Shown here: positions 37,421-46,522 of the stretch, piece after piece
Numbering within the stretch: position 1 is the stretch's first letter
How the letters are laid out: the number at the start of each line of letters is the position of its first letter
Virus record (IMG/VR): IMGVR_UViG_3300022756_000004
Location: 3,215-67,214 of that record
Source: a virus
Direction: 5' to 3' (one strand)
Length of the DNA stretch: 64,000 bases
Made by a program: the position numbers and the translations under genes
The notes under the pieces: generated by a model
The model's database searches: none
What the model was told of the DNA's origin: nothing
The model's input: the letters and a program-made list of their open reading frames with translations, nothing else

Positions 37421-37612
37421 ATGCCCAGTAAGAACTCTAATCCTGCACCAACATACTGCTACTCCTCCCTTCAGTTCGAGGGAGAGACCCACCGATGCAA
37501 GTGCTCATGGCCGGGATGTGAAGGAACATTCCACATGTGCTTCTGCGGAAAACACTGGAAGAATAAGGAGGTGAACAATGGCCAAGACAATACGGATCGA
37601 AAAGTATCGTAA
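37421..37612 (+). CDS. Small Cys/His-rich protein
   Basis: HRCKC...C...HMCFCG..W. Confidence 0.5.
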   Translation: MPSKNSNPAPTYCYSSLQFEGETHRCKCSWPGCEGTFHMCFCGKHWKNKEVNNGQDNTDRKVS

Positions 37613-39509
37613 CGAGATTCGGGTGTACTGCCCCTGGAGTGAAGGCGGACCCCAGGCGTGCAAGTCCGTGCACGGCGCTCGGTGGAACCCGAAAGAGAAG
37701 TGCTGGACGTACCCGCTGCTCTGGCACGTCTGCCTGGAGATCCGCAAGAAGATCGCCACGCCTCTGAAGATGGAGATCGAGCTCGGAGAGGAGATGAGTG
37801 CATGGGCGTACGCCGAAAAGGCGCGCCAAGCCGAAATCCCAGACGTATTAGGTTTGGAGGCTGTGACACTGGACCGCCTCCCGACTTTGAATCCGGTACT
37901 TTTTGGTGCGGCATCGAATCGGCCGTTCCAGACTGTTGGGATCAAGTTCGGAGCGATGAACCGAGAGGTTCTGCTGGCGGATGATCCTGGTCTCGGCAAG
38001 ACGATGCAGACGATCGGCATGTTCCAAGAGGCTAATGTCACGGGGCCGATTTTGGTGGTGGCTCCTAAGGCTGCGGCCCTGATCACTTGGCCCAACGAGA
38101 TCCGTAGGTGGACGGACAACGAAGAGGTCTTCGTCTTCAATGCGGACATCCCGGTTGGCCGACGGAACGATCGTATCCGCACTATCTTCGAGAAAGCGTG
38201 GATGCATCCGGACCGTAGGTTCTGGGTGATCATCAATCCGTACTGGCTGCGGGCGGACGTTAAGCTGGACAACTACGGCAAGTATGAGCGGGACGACGCC
38301 GGGTTCAAGATCACTACGAGCAAGCTTCCTTCTATTTTCGAGAAGCCGTGGGCCGGTATCGTGGTGGACGAATCTCACACAACCCTCGCAGGCAGCACTG
38401 GCAACGCGAAGAAATGGTCGCAACAGCGCCGAGGCCTGGGAGCTGTCCAGCTCAAAGATAAGGGCATTCGGGTCGCCATCTCCGGAACTCCGTTCCGAGG
38501 CAAGCCTGAGAACCTGTTCGGAACTCTCCAATGGTTGCGACCGGATCTCTACACTTCCTATTGGAAGTGGGTCGGTCGGCACTTCGTCACCGAGAACGAT
38601 GGATATTCGCAGGTCATCACAGGCGGCATCCTGGACGAAAAGGCTTTCTACGACGAAGCTGCCAGCGTGATGATCCGTCGCACCAAGGATCAGGTCGCCC
38701 CGGATCTTCCGCCAAAGATGTACGGCGGGGAGCCCCTGGACAAGGACGACCCGGATAGCGTCGTGGGCGTGTGGTTGCCCATGGACAAGAAGCAAGAGAC
38801 CCAATACAAGGCCATGGCGAAGGCTGCTGAGGCCGAAATCGAAGGAGGTAGGCTGGAAGCTATCGGCATCCTGGCGGAGATGACCCGACTGAAGCAGTTC
38901 TCCAACTCTGCGATGTCGGTGGTGACGGACAAGAATGGAGAGCCGAAGTATCATCCCGTGCTCCCGAGTAATAAGGTGGAATGGATCGAGGAGTTCCTCT
39001 CTGAGCGAGATTTGGTGGGGCAAGGTGCCAAGGGCATGAGCAAACTCATCGTCGCGAGCCAGTTCACTGGATTCATCAACATGCTCGGTGCGCATCTGAG
39101 CAGCATCGGAGTGGAGTTCTACAAGCTCACTGGCGAGACGAACGCCAAGGAACGAGTTCGTATCGTCGAGGAGTTCCAGGAGAATCCGGATAGCGCCAAA
39201 GTGTTCCTCTTGAATACCAAGGCGGGCGGCGTCTCCTTGACCCTGGATCAGGCCGACGACGTAATCATCTGCGATGAGACATTCATCCCGGATGATCAGT
39301 TGCAGGTAGAGGATCGCGCGCATCGATTGTCCCGTACGGATCACAATGTGACAATCTGGTACCTTCGAAGCCTCGGTACGATCGAGGAGAGTATCGGAGC
39401 AACCACAACGGAGCGGGAGAAAGTATGTCGCGGTCTAATCGACGGGACAAGAGGCGTGGACTTTGGGAAGCAATTTCTGAGTTCCTCTCGGCAATCATTG
39501 AAGGACTGA
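37578..39509 (+). CDS. SNF2-family (SF2) helicase
   Basis: LLADDPGLGKT, VVDESH, SGTP, GGVSLTL, QVEDRAHR. Confidence 0.92.
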   Translation: MAKTIRIEKYRNEIRVYCPWSEGGPQACKSVHGARWNPKEKCWTYPLLWHVCLEIRKKIATPLKMEIELGEEMSAWAYAEKARQAEIPDVLGLEAVTLDRLPTLNPVLFGAASNRPFQTVGIKFGAMNREVLLADDPGLGKTMQTIGMFQEANVTGPILVVAPKAAALITWPNEIRRWTDNEEVFVFNADIPVGRRNDRIRTIFEKAWMHPDRRFWVIINPYWLRADVKLDNYGKYERDDAGFKITTSKLPSIFEKPWAGIVVDESHTTLAGSTGNAKKWSQQRRGLGAVQLKDKGIRVAISGTPFRGKPENLFGTLQWLRPDLYTSYWKWVGRHFVTENDGYSQVITGGILDEKAFYDEAASVMIRRTKDQVAPDLPPKMYGGEPLDKDDPDSVVGVWLPMDKKQETQYKAMAKAAEAEIEGGRLEAIGILAEMTRLKQFSNSAMSVVTDKNGEPKYHPVLPSNKVEWIEEFLSERDLVGQGAKGMSKLIVASQFTGFINMLGAHLSSIGVEFYKLTGETNAKERVRIVEEFQENPDSAKVFLLNTKAGGVSLTLDQADDVIICDETFIPDDQLQVEDRAHRLSRTDHNVTIWYLRSLGTIEESIGATTTEREKVCRGLIDGTRGVDFGKQFLSSSRQSLKD

Positions 39510-39513
39510 TCCC

Positions 39514-39813
39514 ATGGTAGATTTTCTATGGGCTGTTCTGGATGGAATGGTTGGAGGTTCTGTTGGAGCCGGAGGGATGTTCTTCAGCGTTAATCGCTGG
39601 ATCCGTCCGATCTGGGAGAAGAAGGCCATCCGAAACTGGTATCCGCCAGCAGTGATGGCAGAGGCAATGTTCCCTCGAGACGAAGAGCTGGAGCGCCTGG
39701 CGCTGCGGCGTGAGCTGCACGATAGCGGCCGATTGTACCCGGCCAGGACCGACGCAGGCCGACCGGCACGGCTGCATAAGGCCAAGCCGCGAGGCAAGCG
39801 GTCAACGCTTTAG
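39514..39813 (+). CDS. Hypothetical membrane-anchored protein
   Basis: AAGGA RBS, hydrophobic N-terminus. Confidence 0.55.
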   Translation: MVDFLWAVLDGMVGGSVGAGGMFFSVNRWIRPIWEKKAIRNWYPPAVMAEAMFPRDEELERLALRRELHDSGRLYPARTDAGRPARLHKAKPRGKRSTL

Positions 39814-39948
39814 GGAGATTGTCCAAATAAAAGGCAAACAAAGTTTGCAAAAGTTGCCCGACATGGGCTGTCAATGGTGTAGGCTGTACTAAGGCAGCAA
39901 GCGCCGAGCGTGAACGAATGGCCGAGAGGCCCCTACTAAAGGAACGAA

Positions 39949-40404
39949 ATGGCACCGTCAACCAAGGATCAGCTCCAGGCTCTCACGGCCGAAGACATCA
40001 AGCCCACCGAGGCGCACGTCTCCCTCGCGAACTTCCTGACCGAGTTCGGTCCGGTCGAGGTCACCGCCGATCAGGCGTGGGCATTCATCATGGGGCATCG
40101 CATCTGGCAGTCCTCGGAAGAGCGCAAGGTGGAGAAGGACAACCTCAAGGGCTCGAAGGCGGAAGAGGCCGAGATCAAGAAGGCCGAGCGCGAGTTGGCC
40201 CGCGCCGAGAAGAAGGCTGCGGCCGAGAAGACCGCCGAAGAGCGCGAAGCCAAGAAGGCTGCGAAGGCTGCGAAGGACGCGGACAGCGACGACGACCTGG
40301 CCGAGACCTCGGACGAGGAGGGTCTCGAGGACGGCGAAGACGTCGTGGAAGAGGCCAAGCCGAAGCGGCGTCGGCGCAACGTTCCCGCTGCCGGGGAGTT
40401 CTAA
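39949..40404 (+). CDS. Highly charged protein, paralog of 30387-30860
   Basis: AAAGGA RBS, strong codon bias, K/A/E-rich then acidic tail. Confidence 0.85.
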   Translation: MAPSTKDQLQALTAEDIKPTEAHVSLANFLTEFGPVEVTADQAWAFIMGHRIWQSSEERKVEKDNLKGSKAEEAEIKKAERELARAEKKAAAEKTAEEREAKKAAKAAKDADSDDDLAETSDEEGLEDGEDVVEEAKPKRRRRNVPAAGEF

Positions 40405-40614
40405 GACCACCCCCTCCCTAACCCCTCGCGGGGACAGTAGCAGCCAGGCTTGTAAACCGGGTGAGGCGCTGAAAGGGTGGCCGGGTCCAGGATTCAAGGG
40501 GTTGACTCCTGGGCTGCGGTGGAGATTGGATCAATCTGCGGCCCGGTGCGAGTCCGGTTTGAAAAGACAGCGCTAAGACAATGATCCAATCTCCTCCGGA
40601 GGTACCGGTTAAGA

Positions 40615-40926
40615 ATGGCGAACAGCCCGGAGGCAAACAAGAGAAGACTGGAGCAATTGGTATGGGTGTACGACGACACTCAGCCCGAAGGCGGATATGA
40701 TTATGCAGCGGCTGTCCCTCCCGAACGGCACGGGAGTAAGGCGACTTACGTCAACTGGGGCTGTCGTTGCCCACATTGCACTCTGGCTAATACCAACGAA
40801 CAAGGAATAAGGCGACATGCAAATAGACTTGCCGCTTTTGCGGCAGAGCGAGCGCACCTGTTTTCGCAGGTGTACGCAAAGATGGTGGTGGGGATATCGC
40901 GAGGGCCTCGTTCTCCGAAAGCCTGA
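40615..40926 (+). CDS. HG...GCRC..C Zn-binding protein
   Basis: HGSKATYVNWGCRCPHC motif; overlaps next gene by 110 bp. Confidence 0.5.
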   Translation: MANSPEANKRRLEQLVWVYDDTQPEGGYDYAAAVPPERHGSKATYVNWGCRCPHCTLANTNEQGIRRHANRLAAFAAERAHLFSQVYAKMVVGISRGPRSPKA

Positions 40927-41998
40927 CTCCGGAGCCGCGTGGTTCGGGACTGGCCTCCATGTCTGCTTGGCGGAATGGTACATCCCAGGCACGAAGCGGG
41001 GACGCCCTCTGCTGGAGACCTGGGAGCAGTACACGAAGGACTCGTACGAGAGCATCCGGGTGTATCCGGACTTCGGTGACGACGAAGCTGCGACTTATGA
41101 GGACGCAGTAATTCTCGGTCGCGAGATGCTCGAGATGTACGAAGAGCGATACGGCCTGGACGATCAGTTCGAGGTCATCGCACCCGAGCAGCGGTTCCGT
41201 GTTCTCATCCCCGATCCGGCCAATCCGAAGCGAGCGATCGCCGAGAACGTAGGAACTTTTGACGCGGTGATTCGGGATCATTCCGACGGCCGTATCAAGA
41301 TGGTGGATCACAAGAGCTGCCGATACTTCGCGTTCAAGCATCTGACGCTTGACGATCAGGGCGGTAGTTACTGCGCACTTAGTACGCACGCGCTTCGTCA
41401 ACAGGGGCTGATTGGCCCCAAAGAGGCTGTCTCGGGGATGATCTACAACTTCCTTCGGAAGGCGCGGCGGGATACGCGCCCCGAGAACGCTGAGGGGCTG
41501 AAGCTCAACAAGCCCGAGAAGAAGCACTACGCGGCAGCCTTGACAGAATATGTTTCGGATACATTTCAGTCAGAGAAAGCTTACACGGGATTCATGAAAA
41601 TGACCCTTCCGGCTCTCAAGGCGGAGGCCGATAAAATCGACCTCGTGGTTGGCGGAGATGTCAGCAAGGTTCAGCCCAGCCCAATCTTCTATCGTCACTT
41701 CGTGGAGCGCACGGCTAAAGAGCGCAATCGGCAGATCGTAAGGATCGGCCAAGAGGTTCAGATCATGAACATGGTGCGCCAGGGTCTCATTCCGATCACC
41801 AAGAATCCAACCGAAGCCTGCGCCAACATGTGTGACTTCTTCGACCTGTGCGAACTGGACGAAACTTCCGGAGACACCGAGGACATGAAGTCCATGATGT
41901 ACTCCGTACGAGACCCGTATGCGGATCACAGGGAAGGAGCAGAAAACAGCAAGACTTCGGTCTCAGCTGATACTCGGAGAAAGGTTCCCCGTGGCTAG
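40817..41998 (+). CDS. Cas4-like/PD-(D/E)XK exonuclease
   Basis: S....FRRC...W, GTG.H, GTFDA...VDHKS, C-terminal C...CDF..LC. Confidence 0.85.
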   Translation: MQIDLPLLRQSERTCFRRCTQRWWWGYREGLVLRKPDSGAAWFGTGLHVCLAEWYIPGTKRGRPLLETWEQYTKDSYESIRVYPDFGDDEAATYEDAVILGREMLEMYEERYGLDDQFEVIAPEQRFRVLIPDPANPKRAIAENVGTFDAVIRDHSDGRIKMVDHKSCRYFAFKHLTLDDQGGSYCALSTHALRQQGLIGPKEAVSGMIYNFLRKARRDTRPENAEGLKLNKPEKKHYAAALTEYVSDTFQSEKAYTGFMKMTLPALKAEADKIDLVVGGDVSKVQPSPIFYRHFVERTAKERNRQIVRIGQEVQIMNMVRQGLIPITKNPTEACANMCDFFDLCELDETSGDTEDMKSMMYSVRDPYADHREGAENSKTSVSADTRRKVPRG

Positions 41999-42182
41999 GA
42001 GCCTCAAGACCCTTGGCATCCAAGAATCGAACGCCCTTCGCCAGAGAGTCCGGCGTCAGCATGGTTTGGGTCGGATCAGAAAGATCGACGCAGATTTCCT
42101 GGTAGATCTACTCGACAAGTTCGAAGCCCGAGTCGTCTCCATGCAAGAGGGAGACGACGATGAAACAAGAAGGGAGTTGTAA
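41991..42182 (+). CDS. Small hypothetical protein
   Basis: GAAAGG RBS, GTG start. Confidence 0.6.
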   Translation: MARSLKTLGIQESNALRQRVRRQHGLGRIRKIDADFLVDLLDKFEARVVSMQEGDDDETRREL

Positions 42183-43028
42183 ATGGCGACCCATCCCAGC
42201 ATCATTTCGCTCGAGGATGAAGAGGATAAGGTAAATCTCCTCGTCTACGGGAAGTCCGGCGTAGGCAAAACGGTATGGGCAGGCAGCGCGAACAACGTTC
42301 TGTTCATCGCCCCCGAGGACGACGGCACCATTTCCGCCAAGCGACGAGGTTCCAAGGCGAAGAAGTGGAAGATCAAGTCCTGGGACGACCTCATGGAAGC
42401 CCTGGAGTGGCTGGAGGACAACGAGGATCACGGCTACGACGTGATCTGCATTGATTCCATCACGCACATGCAGCAGATTCTGCTCCGTCACATTCTCGAA
42501 CTGGTGGTGGAGGAGAAGCCGGACCGCGATCTGGACATCCCCGCGATCCAGGATCATCAGAAGTGGCAGAACATGTTCAAGCGGTTCGTTCTGCGCTTCA
42601 ACGCCTTGCCTGTGAACGTTGTGTGGACCGCTCTGGTCCGCAACGAGACGGACGAAGAGGGAAGCGATTTCCTCACGCCCGACATTCAGGGCAAGGGCTA
42701 CCAGATGTCCCAGACCATCTGCTCGTACATGACTAGCTATGGCTGCTTGCAAGCCAAGCGGGTCAAGAACAAGGAAGCGAAGGAAGGAGAACCGGAGTAC
42801 CGCATTGTTCGTGGAATCACCTGGGAGGATACCGGGGTGGTGCAGGGCAAGGATCGCACGGGCGTTCTGGCTCCCAAGACCACGGACAGGTCTCTTCAGC
42901 AAGTCCTGGATATGATCTTCCCTCCCGATGGCGGAAAGACCACCGCGCGGGCACCTCGAAACGGTGCCGTGAAAACCAAGTCCACTCGCGTGTCCACTTC
43001 GACCGCAGTCGAGAAAGTTGAGGCATAA
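42183..43028 (+). CDS. AAA_24/Sak4-like P-loop ATPase (recombination)
   Basis: LVYGKSGVGKT, ICIDSIT, KDRTG. Confidence 0.85.
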   Translation: MATHPSIISLEDEEDKVNLLVYGKSGVGKTVWAGSANNVLFIAPEDDGTISAKRRGSKAKKWKIKSWDDLMEALEWLEDNEDHGYDVICIDSITHMQQILLRHILELVVEEKPDRDLDIPAIQDHQKWQNMFKRFVLRFNALPVNVVWTALVRNETDEEGSDFLTPDIQGKGYQMSQTICSYMTSYGCLQAKRVKNKEAKEGEPEYRIVRGITWEDTGVVQGKDRTGVLAPKTTDRSLQQVLDMIFPPDGGKTTARAPRNGAVKTKSTRVSTSTAVEKVEA

Positions 43029-43030
43029 GA

Positions 43031-43903
43031 ATGCCCGTTGTCAAGTTCGGAAATCATGTCAGCAATGCTGCGACCGCAGCGGACGAGGTCGCCGATGGCG
43101 GCTACAGCGGTCCCATTCCCACCGAGCGGGGGATCTACCCCTGCTACGTCAAGATCTTCGATCTGGTGACCAACAGCAAGGGCGACCCGATGCTCAAGGG
43201 TCTCGCGGTCATCGATGTCCCGAAGAAGCACAAGTTCGCCAAGTTCAACGGCTACGGCATCTGGTTCCAGCAGAACATCACGGATCAGGGCAAGCCGTTC
43301 GTGAACCAGCTCCTCAACGCGCTCTCGGACGGCTCCGCGGAACACGCCGCGAAGATCCGCAAGGCGTTCTGGACCACGGGTGCTCAGACTGAGAAGGCGC
43401 TGCCGTCCAAGCCCAGTCAGTCAGCGGGGGCAATCCTCAAGATCGGGCCGCTGCGCTTCATGGATCTGGACGACAAGAAGCTCCGCATCCTCATCGCGGG
43501 CAAGCCGGAGACCTACAAGGACGAGCCGAAGCTGTCCGCCGGTAAGTACGTCATGAAGCAGAACGACGAAGTCAACTCGGACGACGATGACGAGGATGAC
43601 GACGACGAGATCGATACCGGCTCGGATGTTCTCGATGACGACGAGGATCTCGAGGACGACGAAGACGACGATGAGGATGACGACTTCGACGAGGACGAGG
43701 ATTCGGACGACGAAGATGAGGACGAGGACGACGACGAGGACGAAGTCGACACCGAAGACGACGACCTGGACGACGAGGACGAGGATTCGGACGACGAAGA
43801 TGAGGACGAGGACGACGAGCCCGCTGCGCCCGTGACGCCGATCAAGAAGGCTTCGGCGAAGAAGACCACCGGCGCGAAGAAGCGCGGAGAGCCTGCGTTC
43901 TGA
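43031..43903 (+). CDS. Putative ssDNA-binding protein with very long acidic tail
   Basis: Follows the exonuclease and ATPase; GIY...K.....NSKGDPML N-terminus, D/E tract, C-terminal PAF. Confidence 0.7.
   Translation: MPVVKFGNHVSNAATAADEVADGGYSGPIPTERGIYPCYVKIFDLVTNSKGDPMLKGLAVIDVPKKHKFAKFNGYGIWFQQNITDQGKPFVNQLLNALSDGSAEHAAKIRKAFWTTGAQTEKALPSKPSQSAGAILKIGPLRFMDLDDKKLRILIAGKPETYKDEPKLSAGKYVMKQNDEVNSDDDDEDDDDEIDTGSDVLDDDEDLEDDEDDDEDDDFDEDEDSDDEDEDEDDDEDEVDTEDDDLDDEDEDSDDEDEDEDDEPAAPVTPIKKASAKKTTGAKKRGEPAF
43687..43818 (+). repeat. 48-bp perfect direct repeat in acidic tail
   Basis: 43687-43734 equals 43771-43818. Confidence 0.85.
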
Positions 43904-43991
43904 TGTGCCAGTACTGCGGCCATCTGTCCCATATGCATGGGCCGATGGGATGCATCCTTTGCAAATGCACTAGCACAGGGAATCACACCTG

Positions 43992-44216
43992 ATGAGGTAC
44001 TTCAAGACCCGGTTGCATTACAACCCGCGACCGTCTGAACGATGGACCTGGATCTATGGCCACCGCTATACATCCAAGGGCATCAAAGAAATCAAGATTG
44101 GAGGGTGCTACCACTACTGGCCCTCCAAAACGACTCACTGGTTCGTGTGGAGTGTTCATCACAGCGACAATACGTGGCTGCGCGGTGAGCATGAGAGGCT
44201 CCATGTGAGCCGGTGA
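43992..44216 (+). CDS. Hypothetical W/H-rich protein
   Basis: 74-aa ORF with weak RBS. Confidence 0.45.
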   Translation: MRYFKTRLHYNPRPSERWTWIYGHRYTSKGIKEIKIGGCYHYWPSKTTHWFVWSVHHSDNTWLRGEHERLHVSR

Positions 44217-44360
44217 TGGGATGGGGTGAGAGAGCGCACACGGCTGGCTCCTCTTAAATGACCGCGCCACTGTACCGAGGCGTTTTCCTGGCTTCGGTCC
44301 GACGACAGGCGGCCCCTCTCTTCCTGTTGTATATTAGATGATTAACAAGGAGGTGAATAT

Positions 44361-44438
44361 ATGGGTTCCAGCGATGCCAGCATCGGCGTACTGTTGCTCC
44401 AGCTGCTGAAGTACATGCAGATGGGGAGCGGCAACTAA
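44361..44438 (+). CDS. 25-aa peptide MGSSDASIGVLLLQLLKYMQMGSGN
   Basis: AAGGAGGTGA RBS, AT-rich upstream region, terminator downstream. Confidence 0.65.
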   Translation: MGSSDASIGVLLLQLLKYMQMGSGN

Positions 44439-44473
44439 GGTCTGCCAAGAGTTGCAACGAACTCCAACGGCAT

Positions 44474-44509
44474 AGCGGGGATCGGTTTGACGACGGCCGG
44501 TCCCCGTTT
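44474..44509 (+). terminator. Intrinsic terminator
   Basis: CGGGGATCGG / CCGGTCCCCG stem followed by TTT. Confidence 0.65.
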
Positions 44510-44550
44510 CCACAATAAATGACAGGTCGGATTGGCCCGTAATACACCTC

Positions 44551-44564
44551 GGGTATGGTAGGCT
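44551..44564 (+). promoter_or_regulatory. Extended -10 promoter
   Basis: GGGTATGGTAGGCT, same GGGTATGGTA core as 30328 and 33548. Confidence 0.6.
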
Positions 44565-44596
44565 GATACAACCTGTTAGGTCTGGAAAGGCGAGAA

Positions 44597-45040
44597 GTGC
44601 AGACTTACATGACCCGGCTCGGCCTCTGGCGGACAGCTGTGGATCTCCATCTGGAGGAGCTGGACGAGTGCATCAACACTTCTGTGCATGTTCTCTCGTG
44701 GCTTATGGGGTCCGATGAGCCCCGGTTTCCGCCAGAGGAAACGCCTAGCTGGCTCGACGTGACTACGGCTTGGACCGGACACGAACATGCTCTGGCGAAT
44801 TACGGCGCGGTTCTGTGCAATCGGCATTGGGTTCTCTCTGGAGGCAAGATTCGCCCCGAGGCCCCCTGGTTTGCCCGGCAACAGCGCATAATTCGAGAGC
44901 AGGGATGGTCGTACAGCCGCCCGGCATGGGCTACCGACGTTAACGTGCTTACCGGGCACCGCTCAGAATTACTCAAGCTACGGCCTGAGTGGTATGGACC
45001 CAAGTTCGATATGACACCGAGGGAAGTAGAGGGAACGTGA
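44597..45040 (+). CDS. Pyrimidine-dimer glycosylase/endoV-like (MSMEG_6728-like) protein
   Basis: MQT...W.GHE.AL..YG...C...P.W......HRS.LL...PEWY...F pattern. Confidence 0.7.
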   Translation: MQTYMTRLGLWRTAVDLHLEELDECINTSVHVLSWLMGSDEPRFPPEETPSWLDVTTAWTGHEHALANYGAVLCNRHWVLSGGKIRPEAPWFARQQRIIREQGWSYSRPAWATDVNVLTGHRSELLKLRPEWYGPKFDMTPREVEGT

Positions 45041-45894
45041 AAGTAGCCATTCTGGGATGTGGCCCGACCGGTTTGTTGGCGGCGCACGCCTGCGCGATGA
45101 ACGCAGTGGACTTCACCATCTTGTCCAAGCGTCGTAAGTCCTTCCTATTCGGTAGCCAATATCTGCACGAGCCCATCCCCGGGATCAGTGACTTCGACCG
45201 AAAGGTTGAGATCACGTATCGCACGGATGGCTCCCCCGCAGAGTATCGGCGCAAGGTTCACGGTCCCGCCTGGGATGGCGTCATCCTCCCCGAGGATTTC
45301 GAACAGCACGATCAGGCGTGGGATATCCGGTTCGCATACGATCGGCTCTGGGCCGAGTACGGCCGGATGGTGCAAGAGTTCGAGATCCCGATGAAGCCGG
45401 AAGGCAACAACAACGCGGGACACTGGAACATCCCGGCAGCCATCTCGCGCGGCAAGTTGCACGAATACGATCTGGTGGTGTCCACCGTTCCCCGAACGTA
45501 TTGGAAGATGCCGGGGGATCAGTTCATTCATTCCAGCGGATGGGTTCTGGGGGATGCGCCGGAGCACGGCCAGTTCTGCCCGTTCACCACTCCTCAGGAC
45601 AACATGATCATCTGCAACGGGGAGGCCGAGCCCAGCTGGACCCGACTGAGCCGTGTCTTCGACTACACGACCGTGGAATGGCCTGGCGGAACGAAGCCGC
45701 CCATTCCCGGAATCTCGGAGATCATCAAGCCGTTGCGGTTCGAGGCAGGCCCCATCCCTCCTCCCCCGAACTGGATGTTCGTCGGAAGGTACGGAAAGTG
45801 GCACAAAGGCGTTCTAGTGACGGATGCTTTCAACGAGGTCCTGCAAGCCACCGGGACCAAGCCCGAGTGGATCTACAAGAAAGAGGCGCAATGA
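45037..45894 (+). CDS. FAD/NAD(P)-dependent oxidoreductase
   Basis: KVAILGCGPTGLLAA Rossmann motif, G.QYLH, VSTVP, C-terminal VGRYGKW (UDP-galactopyranose-mutase-like architecture). Confidence 0.8.
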   Translation: MKVAILGCGPTGLLAAHACAMNAVDFTILSKRRKSFLFGSQYLHEPIPGISDFDRKVEITYRTDGSPAEYRRKVHGPAWDGVILPEDFEQHDQAWDIRFAYDRLWAEYGRMVQEFEIPMKPEGNNNAGHWNIPAAISRGKLHEYDLVVSTVPRTYWKMPGDQFIHSSGWVLGDAPEHGQFCPFTTPQDNMIICNGEAEPSWTRLSRVFDYTTVEWPGGTKPPIPGISEIIKPLRFEAGPIPPPPNWMFVGRYGKWHKGVLVTDAFNEVLQATGTKPEWIYKKEAQ

Positions 45895-46376
45895 GTTCGG
45901 ATTCGGTATTTTGCAGCGTAGATTTGCTTTTTCATCCGGAAACCAAGCAGGCAGAGCGTATCCTCAACGAGATTCTCCCTGGAGTAATCGAGCTCTTCCT
46001 GGCCAAAAACAAGGATTACAAGATCGAGGGGATCGACATCGCTGCCACGCTCGGCGTACGCGGGCAGTGGTCGGACATGTTTCGGAAGATCGCCAAGCTC
46101 AAGCAGGAGATGTGGGACCAGGACGGTTCTGGCCTCCAATTTGAGACCGCCGAAGAAGTGATCAAGGACCTTATCGGACACTGCCTGCTGTCCCTGCTGT
46201 TCCTCAAGGACGCGAAGCCGAAGACCGTAAAGCTTTCCGAGGGATTCCTCCAGACCACCGGAGGATATCCCGGAGGATATCCCGTCGTCGGCGAGGCCAA
46301 TCCGACCAAAGGATTTGTTGAAGGTCGCCCTTTCGTGGGGACGGCTCGGAAGATCGTGGACAACCCGCAGGCATGA
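45891..46376 (+). CDS. Nmad1/DUF1599-like helical protein
   Basis: F..KNKDY.....G..G....M.RK..KL...DLIGH pattern. Confidence 0.65.
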   Translation: MSSDSVFCSVDLLFHPETKQAERILNEILPGVIELFLAKNKDYKIEGIDIAATLGVRGQWSDMFRKIAKLKQEMWDQDGSGLQFETAEEVIKDLIGHCLLSLLFLKDAKPKTVKLSEGFLQTTGGYPGGYPVVGEANPTKGFVEGRPFVGTARKIVDNPQA

Positions 46377-46522
46377 GCGGACTGAAAGAGTTCTCGGTGG
46401 CCTTCGAAATCAAGGATATCGATGCCAATTTCGCGGCATTGTTCTTCGGTCCGGAATTCTGGGAGTGGCTGATGCAACCGCAGATTGAAGAATGGGAAAA
46501 CGAAGGAGGAGCAATCCGATGA
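46373..46522 (+). CDS. 49-aa hypothetical protein (not in ORF track)
   Basis: ATGA coupling on both sides. Confidence 0.5.
   Translation: MSGLKEFSVAFEIKDIDANFAALFFGPEFWEWLMQPQIEEWENEGGAIR

Noticed and set aside
37848-39344. Long minus-strand ORFs (this one, 6480-7592, 52330-53670, 53809-54957 and others)
   Set aside because: They are antisense shadows of strongly codon-biased + strand genes, with no motifs or RBS.
40817-41998. CRISPR-associated Cas4
   Set aside because: Its context with an AAA ATPase and SSB-like gene is the standard phage recombination module; there is no cas1 or cas2.
45318-45890. N-terminal extension of the 352-aa ORF
   Set aside because: It overlaps the oxidoreductase out of frame; the real start is the coupled ATG at 45891.
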